A stretch of 64,000 nucleotides of DNA. Origin: Tubiluchus corallicola. Taxonomy: Eukaryota; Animalia; Priapulida. Position numbers and translations under genes: made by a program. Below, in pieces: positions 58,501 to 64,000 of the stretch (position 1 is its first letter; each line of letters begins with the position of its first letter). Below the pieces are notes generated by a model, which saw nothing but the letters and a program-made list of their open reading frames with translations, was not told the DNA's origin and ran no database searches. The stretch spans positions 84,807 to 148,806 of the forward strand of contig JAQGDQ010000538.1 in assembly GCA_030141605.1 (NCBI GenBank). The letters are read 5' to 3'.

Positions 58501-61322
58501 TGGTTTCAGCCTACTATATTTACATCGCACCAAGGCATGTATATATTTATCACTCCAAGGCTCCGATGCTTTCATACGGTCTTAGAAAATATTCTATATT
58601 TTATGGAAACAAGAATAGAACAACAGGGAGACTACTCAGACTAAACTAAAAACCCACTTTAACAGTAGTATCAATAGGGAAACGGATCTGTTTGATTTCA
58701 AATTCCACTCAGGGACTTTTTACTAAGTGACCAATAAGGATGCATAGTGATTAATGTTATGCCTTTGATTCTTCTTTGTCATGTAGTTGCTAGTTCTCTG
58801 TTTTTTTATTATATAAATAGTAGACAGCAGTCATTCAGGTAATAGGTAGAGTCGAAAATTTGTAGAAACTGAAAATAATGTTTACAAATTATTGATTTAT
58901 TAATATTTCAGACCAAGCACAAGATAGTTTTGCAGGGCCTTTGCACTGGTACTTTTATGTCTCAGATTGATGTGGTTTGGAGCTAAAAGAACAATAACAC
59001 TGCTATACTCATTCATGACACGTCTATTTAGCAAAAGTGACAAAAGCGCGTGATAAGTAGCTCACCTGAAACATCCACTATCACTTCTATTGACTTCATG
59101 TGCGTCGGATCACTTGTTCCATTTAAAAAGATTTGGCAATACCACTTGCCATTGTCTTCAATATCAGCATTCTGAACGTCCAGTGAATGATTTACTCTAT
59201 CTGAAAGCTCTACCGTAGTCAAATTGTACCTCGAATTTTGATCTACATCAACTTCTGTTCTGTCTTTGAACCACTTAACCTCAATGTCCTAACATCCAAT
59301 AAGAAATAGCAAAAAATCTACCAAATCTGGGTAAATTGGGTAGGACACCTTTACGAGGTGGAAGAAAAGTAGTGGTCACAGTATGTGAGAGATTGACAGA
59401 GATTGACAGTAGCGTCTCATCTCAGAAGATTATATATCCTTAATGATGAGCTAGATTCTTGTACAACAACGCCTACTACATTAAGTTGTGGTACTGCCAC
59501 AAAGTACTTGATCCGGGAATCCATAGTATGTAATTTTTTCATCTTGTGTTCTACATATTTTTTCACCAGTAAAACTGGATAACAGAAGCCAGTACAAAAA
59601 ATATGGGAAAACATAAAATAGTAGGCATGAAAAATGAAATCTCAGTAATGTCAGGGAAATTATGACACAGCAATGGATAGCACAGGTATAAATATAGATG
59701 TAAGACTGAGCAGATCAATCGTTTCATTATTAAACATAATTTTGGTCGAACACATTTACCTCAGAAGGAAGGCTTTTTGGGCGATAATAGTGACAAGCCA
59801 AAGAGAATGAGTCACCCCTGAGTAATTCAGAATGCTCCTTTGGATCTTGAAGTATACGTATGCCTAAAAATTTACAAACAGCCCAAGTATAACAGACAGC
59901 TTAGTTACACAACAAGAATAAACAAGAAAATGATTTGTTTTTTAATACTATCAGTATAGACGAGTGTACCTTGTTTTACAAACTAATTTTCAGCCCTGTT
60001 TTCAAGCAGCCTATTCTCAATGTGCCAAGTGATTTGAGAAAACTGTAGTTAAAACTGTAGAAAAAAAACTAAATCCTGCACTTCAGATTCAGATTTCAGA
60101 TACAGAATGGCTGGTTCTACATAGCCATGAATTTATATCGTACATAATGGACAACTGTCGGAAGAACACTATGAATATTGTTTAAATTCACAGTTCTCAC
60201 GCGGCATTTAAAGCACATAATGTCATTTGTAATTCACATAGACCTGCCACTGTACTGTTGCTTAAATTTCTGACATTTCATTGTGCTACTTTCTGCAACA
60301 GTGATATATGTAACTTGATAAGGTGCAAAAGTCTCATATATGTAGTCATCAAAAATTATTGCACTTCAAAGCCCAAACACATAGCTGGTCTTTACAAGCT
60401 GCCATGCTGAGTTATACGATATAACTTAGCCACACCTACTTTCCGAAAATTATTCTTAAATGTATAGTAAAAAGTATATGAAATGGACCCTAACCATCAA
60501 CTTGGTTAAGTCACACAGTAGAAATTATGAAAATATGAAAACTGTTATTTCAAATTTATTAAAAGTGATTAGTGTAATGAATTAAAAGAATAAAAAGAGA
60601 GCCAAAATGGGTAAAAATGAAACCTGAAACTTTAATCAAAATGACCAGAGTGTAATAAAAATTGCATACAGAAAATGCTGCATATTGCAATTGTATACAG
60701 TGAAAAAATATTAATAGGGTGCTAAAGATTTTTCTTCTAGCTTATAAATACGGAATTCTTTACAATTAATTGTAAACTTGTCTATTTATTTAAAATGAAA
60801 AATTATCACTTACAAGTTACTGGATGGCTCAAGTTTTCTAAATGCACTCATTAGAGATCTCTTTAATATACATCATTAAAAGAACTCAAATGCAAATCTG
60901 GCACAGTAAAAAAGAACAAACTTAAATAGAGTCAAATAACAGCACTTACATATTCCATATTTCAAAGTTAATAAACAAAAATAAATATATTATACCTTTC
61001 AATTGAATAGTTTTGTATACATACATGTTCTCTTGTTCATTTTACGCATAATGTCTTTTCTGAACTTTTTCAAATTATCCACTCTAACAATGTCTATACT
61101 TAATGACCAAAAGCTACATGTCTACGCAATAGCTTTTCATTAATTTGACTCCTTTGACCAAATGACCCATCTAAGTGACTAAGATATGTCCAAAAAATGT
61201 TTTCACTGTGCAGTACCTGACGAAGCATAGTGCCAATTGTCCACCATATTCAACGAGGTACACTTTTTTACTTGACAGAGCAGTATAGCAATAGATACAC
61301 TTAACAACCAGAAGTTTGTCAT
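10507..61322 (-). CDS. Polycystin-1-like (PKD1L/PKDREJ family) 11-TM protein, long isoform, about 2834 aa, 42 coding exons
   Basis: Exons in transcript order: 61217-61322, 59760-59863, 59066-59288, 57919-58019, 56415-56628, 55410-55517, 52095-52759, 50711-50907, 49163-49266, 47409-47556, 46898-47136, 46510-46608, 45234-45359, 44783-44928, 44488-44611, 44260-44354, 43842-43961, 43176-43267, 40974-41043, 39539-39689, 37156-37256, 36613-36757, 36388-36530, 33980-34928, 32536-32683, 31300-31402, 28849-28969, 28594-28697, 26188-26418, 23827-23947, 22811-22970, 21980-22118, 20868-20975, 20485-20620, 19681-19792, 19299-19386, 18086-18702, 14941-15120, 14568-14643, 13992-14157, 12106-12288, 10507-11648. 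All junctions are GT-AG and phase-compatible; the sum is 8505 nt, divisible by 3. Family motifs: REJ, GPS (CVYW..GC..HCVCYHMTTFA), PLAT, HLWLSIFLRPPHSHFTRVQR, YSGGGY, WIDDYTRA. The join of the Ig/EGF exons to the REJ part is inferred from phase. Confidence 0.85.
12106..18702 (-). CDS. PKD1-like exons for the cytoplasmic loop, TM4-TM6 and start of TOP domain (18086-18702, 14941-15120, 14568-14643, 13992-14157, 12106-12288)
   Basis: LPWWCVYIGWVLV..LYGLKYGYKTSIDWLMS..DPVQVI; PPDESKLIEARRERKRQRKMRRIIKE; MWDYINNTL..VPRLRQLR, typical of PKD1L/PKDREJ. Confidence 0.92.
15242..15911. mobile_element. piggyBac-like non-autonomous element (MITE)
   Basis: TTAA|ctccttcaggac .. gtcctgaaggag|TTAA: 12-bp TIR with TTAA target duplication, no long ORF. 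Confidence 0.75.
19012..19090 (+). mobile_element. Non-LTR retrotransposon reverse-transcriptase fragment
   Basis: Encodes EIKTGTPQGSVIGPTLLLLLNDI, resembling the GVPQGS.LGP..ND RT motif. Confidence 0.65.
19299..23947 (-). CDS. PKD1-like exons for the canonical intracellular PLAT/LH2 domain and TM2-TM3
   Basis: YLIITYTGIRKGAATTATVTVVIKG..SLGDLTSIVIWHDNSGKHPSWFLRKVVITD..FLCNKWLAVD, then GHLWLSIFLRPPHSHFTRVQRSSCALSLLLTMMLGNIMFYG. Confidence 0.92.
23270..23620. repeat. AT-rich palindromic region with two inverted repeats and a short tandem duplication
   Basis: 31-bp IR 23281-23311/23347-23377; 19-bp IR 23405-23423/23448-23466; the segment ggtgaaaattaattttga..aaattat recurs. Confidence 0.85.
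25080..25175 (+). mobile_element. Penelope-like element GIY-YIG endonuclease fragment
   Basis: NVVQKYTCQTCNALYIGKNSRHLHR resembles the Penelope VVY..C..C...YIG.T.R.L..R motif. Confidence 0.65.
26188..28697 (-). CDS. PKD1-like GPS motif and TM1 exons (28594-28697, 26188-26418)
   Basis: VNFTVGFYNSRCVYWDEKNEEFRSEGCL / LGHLTTEKRMHCVCYHMTTFAGSFLVTPN..DNPVTVLLVVLIWIIYFVLLVYSYRKD. Confidence 0.93.
27994..28230. repeat. Left arm of an imperfect inverted repeat of about 235 bp
   Basis: cattgtcattggacaaagccatgccatacctgct..ttgtagtttgcactaa..aataattccaatttgctga is the reverse complement of 29113-29342. Confidence 0.85.
28849..32683 (-). CDS. Three exons encoding an extra PLAT/LH2 domain N-terminal to the GPS (32536-32683, 31300-31402, 28849-28969)
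   Basis: Spliced: VTYRIGTVTADVTHSGTSAVVYVVIHGSHGTTREMILDSFLDNHERARVDWFEKKNVAVGTILNVTIWEDNSGLAPGWLLEKLIIELGYLVYTCPCMRWF. This matches the PLAT consensus; the exons are absent from the ORF track. Confidence 0.85.
29113..29342. repeat. Right arm of an imperfect inverted repeat of about 235 bp
   Basis: tcagcaaattggaattatt..ttagtgcaaactacaacagcaggtatggcatggctgtgtccaatgacaatg. Confidence 0.85.
31865..31924. repeat. Imperfect (GT)n microsatellite
   Basis: tgtgtgtgtgcgtgtg run. Confidence 0.9.
33980..34928 (-). CDS. 949-nt PKD1-like exon: GAIN strands followed by a Cys-rich/poly-Asp module
   Basis: Phase-0 acceptor continues LK|VVFKLHQRPTLADFE; 32 Cys counted; D8 run; phase-1 donor G|GTAATG. Confidence 0.85.
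36388..52759 (-). CDS. PKD1-like exons encoding PKD-like, REJ and N-terminal GAIN regions
   Basis: ISGNNSYDPE, YTWYC, CVLNCGAKVDP, NERPQQGRCSVSP-GTAAVHEFSVHC..DPDTPLSYEF, LAPG..VTLKVADS (REJ) and NPYFW (GAIN of PKD1L proteins). Confidence 0.88.
37770..38270. mobile_element. hAT-superfamily (Charlie-like) MITE
   Basis: 16-bp TIR caggggtgtgcaaatt / aatttgcacacccctg; 8-bp TSD atctaagg (37762-37769, 38271-38278); subterminal GCGGCCCG repeats. Confidence 0.93.
39781..39986. repeat. Tandem duplication (39781-39889, 39890-39986) with a 12-bp deletion in copy 2
   Basis: attagttagtgaagcctatttg..gggtacctgt occurs twice. Confidence 0.93.
47680..47765. repeat. (GA)n/(GATA)n simple repeat
   Basis: agagagagag..gatagatagatag. 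Confidence 0.85.
49293..49385. repeat. Degenerate intronic (GAT)n trinucleotide repeat
   Basis: gatgatgatgatggtaatgatgatgat run next to the acceptor of exon 49163-49266. Confidence 0.8.
53193..54884 (-). CDS. Candidate alternative TM exon (54810-54884) and terminal exon (53193-53230) of a short Ig-Ig-EGF-TM isoform
   Basis: ctccag|GC AGT ATG..TTT G|gtatga encodes GSMIVIMIIIILAGLAALVALMLGF; ttttacattcttcctaacag|GT TTA..CGA TAA encodes GLSLYKHYHSGR*; AATAAA on - strand at 52908-52913. Confidence 0.6.
55410..55517 (-). CDS. EGF-like domain exon (phase 1-1)
   Basis: DACLPNPCVHGRCKYLPGGNYTCTCDAKYIGVNCTE: six Cys in EGF spacing, GT-AG flanks. Confidence 0.92.
55557..55985 (-). mobile_element. Decayed 3' end of an RTE-like LINE with (GAA)n tail
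   Basis: Minus strand, frameshifted: FHRGLLRKILKVKWPYIISN..KIRIRRLRWVGHFMRLP..AADRKQW; ends in (GAA)n at 55557-55590. Confidence 0.75.
56415..59863 (-). CDS. Two immunoglobulin domains, each split over two exons (59760-59863 + 59066-59288; 57919-58019 + 56415-56628)
   Basis: Ig1: ILQDPKE..GDSFSLAC..VKWFKD..LDVQNADIEDNGKWYC. Ig2: IIQPKSQEVPLGEGFIMHC..LRWYRN..LAIINAQMEDAAEWHC. Confidence 0.9.
56790..56895. mobile_element. Short PIF/Harbinger-like MITE
   Basis: Imperfect IR ggccggttttacaaagtcgtcactaagttaac / gttaaattagtgactgctttatgaaaccgggcc, flanked by a CAG duplication. Confidence 0.65.
61217..61322 (-). CDS. First coding exon with predicted signal peptide
   Basis: ATG at 61322: MTNFWLLSVSIAILLCQVKKCTSLNMVDNWHYASS. 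There is an in-frame stop upstream, a phase-1 donor matching the Ig1 acceptor, and a possible 5'-UTR acceptor near 61343. Confidence 0.75.
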
Positions 61323-63029
61323 TGTCAACACTAAACTTTAATCTAGAACAAAATAACATATTTTTCACTTGCAAGTTTGCAACATCAGATTTTTTTACAA
61401 TAAACAAAAAAATACATGATTTTTAAATATGGATATACTAACTATACTGTCACAGAATAGTTAAAGTTTTTTTTACCAGGACTTTAATAAAACTCATATA
61501 AAAATAAGAAAAAATAAAATAAAATAAAGGAAGAATTAATTGCCTGGGATCACAAGTAAACTTAGTACTGTACTGTAAACCGGAAAAAGTGCAAGCTAAA
61601 TTTTGGGAATCCGGCTTCAAAGCCTTGTTTATGAAGTGAAATTTGGCATTCCAGAAATGTGTAAAAACCAGTGCCTTCTCTAATAATCCTAGTATTGCCA
61701 CATTGCCAGCTGAATCTACCACAAAAGACTAGGGCAGATAAAATGAAAGCTATGTAACAACTAATACTAGCATTTCCTTGTTACACTTATGTGTAGTTGC
61801 ATAAATATATAAAAAAGTAAAAAAGAGGAAAATTGAGATTTCCTTTATAAAACTATAAAACTTGTTCTATAAAACTTTTGGCTTTACAAATTGAACGCGT
61901 ACTATCGAACAAAGCTACAAAAAGCCAATAGTAACTTGAATCTTGAATACTTTAATAATTTATGCATGTAAAAAATTTTGCATCTGGCCTTCTTAGCAAA
62001 CTTTGCAAATGTTTCCAGCAAATATAAACTTTATCGTTTACAGTGAATTACATGAGATACAAATGCTACTAAAATGCATTTGTTTGGAACTTTTCACTAG
62101 CACTTCACTGGCAAGTTCACAAATTTATGAACAGTTTAGAGCCAATAGTAATGTTAACAGTGCTATAATGACATGCATCCACTGCAGCTACTAGGCACAT
62201 AATAAGTTATGTATAACTTCATTTAAAATATGTCACCATCTAAGTGAAAAATGTTATCAACTTATGAAATTTTCGCTATAAGACTGAGTAGATTATTAGT
62301 CACAGTCTAGTTAATACAAGCAGAATAAATACAAGTAATACACAGTATAGAAACAATGGAGTAGCTAATAGGGCAGCAAATGCTCCATGGAGCACATTTT
62401 TCAAAATTGGCATCTTTTCAACAACCTGCCTCATTAATTTATTTGACAAACCTGCCTCGATTTACTTGCATTTACACAACTCATTTGTCAAGGTTGAGCA
62501 TGTCTGTTGTGGCATAGACGAAAATATAATTGCTTCATTTGCCACAGCACCTTCTTGGTACGTGTCACAACGCTTTTTATGTGCTTGCTTCCGCTAACTT
62601 TAGAATCTAGCTTCACCCCTGATTTTAAGTTTTTAGCAGCTGAAAGTGAAAACACACTCACTGTTGTGCTGTGCAACAGTGAACAGAATAAATTATTTTG
62701 AAAAAGTGCAAACAATAATAACTCCTGTGCTTGAAACAGAAATGATGATATATGTAGATGATATCTAGTAATGTATATACTATTAAATGACTGGTTAAAA
62801 ATTGTAGAAAAACTGAAGAATTAGAAAGACTAAAGGTCAGTGTTAAAAACACAGTCAATGCAAACAATGATGACTAGAAAGAAAAGAATTTTTCCACTAA
62901 AAGAAAAACTTACCAAAGGGAAAATTCATGAAACACAAAGCTATACATAAAGATACTTATAAGCAGTTAACAGAAAAGTGAAAAGAGAACAACAAATTTA
63001 AAATAAGCTATATTAACTCCTTAGCAAAT

Positions 63030-63270
63030 GTTGATAATATCGGAATAATGTCAGTAGAAACAAAAATTAAAACTTTTTGACTCACTTGCAATACCAACAT
63101 TAATCTATAACTCTGAAACTTGGTCAAACATGAAAAAATGAATTAGATGAAACGGAAAGCACTCAAGGTAAGTCAATTTAAGAATTACGTTGGGAATGCT
63201 TAAAACTACGAGCTAATGGAGGTTTATATCAGAATTGGGAATATGGTCATTTGAAGAACATATTTGCTAC
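63030..63270 (+). mobile_element. Decayed LINE ORF2 C-terminal fragment
   Basis: Frameshifted translation LFDSLAIPTLIYNSETWSNM..ESTQGK..ISELGIWSFEE resembles the post-RT region of non-LTR elements. Confidence 0.6.
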
Positions 63271-64000
63271 AAAAATGTGTGTTTTACACAACGAATACCA
63301 ACTTGAAAATCAGAGTGACGTTAATTAAGATCACCATTCTCGGGGTTAAATTACTAAATTTCATTGTGTTCCAAACTTCTTTGAAATAATTTTTATTAAG
63401 TACATTAAGTGCATTTTAACCACCATTGTACTCAGTTTACCTGCAAATACCACTCTCACTCACTTCATTACATTCACATACATTTTTAACCCTGTAATCT
63501 CCATAACTCAAGAAAACCTAAGTTTCGCTTTTATTTCTATTTCGTCTTGTGCTCTTGGTTTAATACATTGATATATTTCATTTTTCACCAATTCCAGCAG
63601 CCAAACTTAATCAAGCAGTTTGGCAGTGTGGTGAGTTGGTAGTGTGGCAGAATTGGCATTTTCGCAGTGTGGTAATTTGGTATGCATGAGTGGGAACTAA
63701 GCAGGGTAGGTAATGAGGTCATGATAAGAAGGGAGCTATAGGCAGATTATATGTGTAGGAAAATCGTGGCACATAACAATTGTATAGAATGCGACACTTT
63801 TAAACCTGACTGGATGAAAACCTAATAAATGTTTTATCAGCTGTTAGTGACATAAAACATCTCATTAAACAAAACGGGTACTTGCTGTACACCCAGGCAC
63901 AACCATTGTGGTCAGGGCCTATTTCAGGGGGGGGAGTGGGGATACTTCCCCGGGGCCTCACGCCAAGGTAACATTTTTTTGCTTTATGCGAACATACTGC

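Noticed and set aside
56415-59863. Hydractinia Alr-type allorecognition gene
   Set aside because: Only two Ig domains followed by EGF; no FN3-like/ECS region and no substantial cytoplasmic tail
60813-60836. Possible 24-nt phase 1-1 micro-exon between the signal-peptide and Ig1 exons
   Set aside because: Splice-like flanks only; not needed for the frame and untestable without transcripts

Overview
AT-rich, intron-rich animal genomic DNA; a marine invertebrate, possibly a cnidarian, is a guess from composition and repeat types. It holds two convergent multi-exon genes, reconstructed by hand from GT-AG splice sites and codon phase. (1) On the + strand (836-7481) are the last 8 coding exons of a CACHD1/alpha2delta-like Cache-domain protein, with a Cys-rich insert in the Cache domain and a GPI-signal-like C-terminus. 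(2) On the - strand (61322-10507) is an apparently complete polycystin-1-like (PKD1L/PKDREJ family) gene: 42 coding exons, 8505 nt, about 2834 aa. Its architecture is signal peptide-Ig-Ig-EGF-PKD-like-REJ-GAIN-GPS-TM1-PLAT-TM2-5-TOP-channel domain. The GAIN domain is interrupted by a 32-Cys/poly-Asp module and a second, extracellular PLAT domain. The intron after the EGF exon hides a candidate TM exon and a stop exon, which would give a short Ig-Ig-EGF-TM receptor (about 322 aa) from the same gene. An inverted-repeat pair brackets two exons whose joint skipping stays in frame and removes half of the GPS motif. Introns carry hAT, piggyBac-like and Harbinger-like MITEs, a tRNA-derived SINE, LINE/Penelope fragments and microsatellites. 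All gene models are manual and untested against transcripts.
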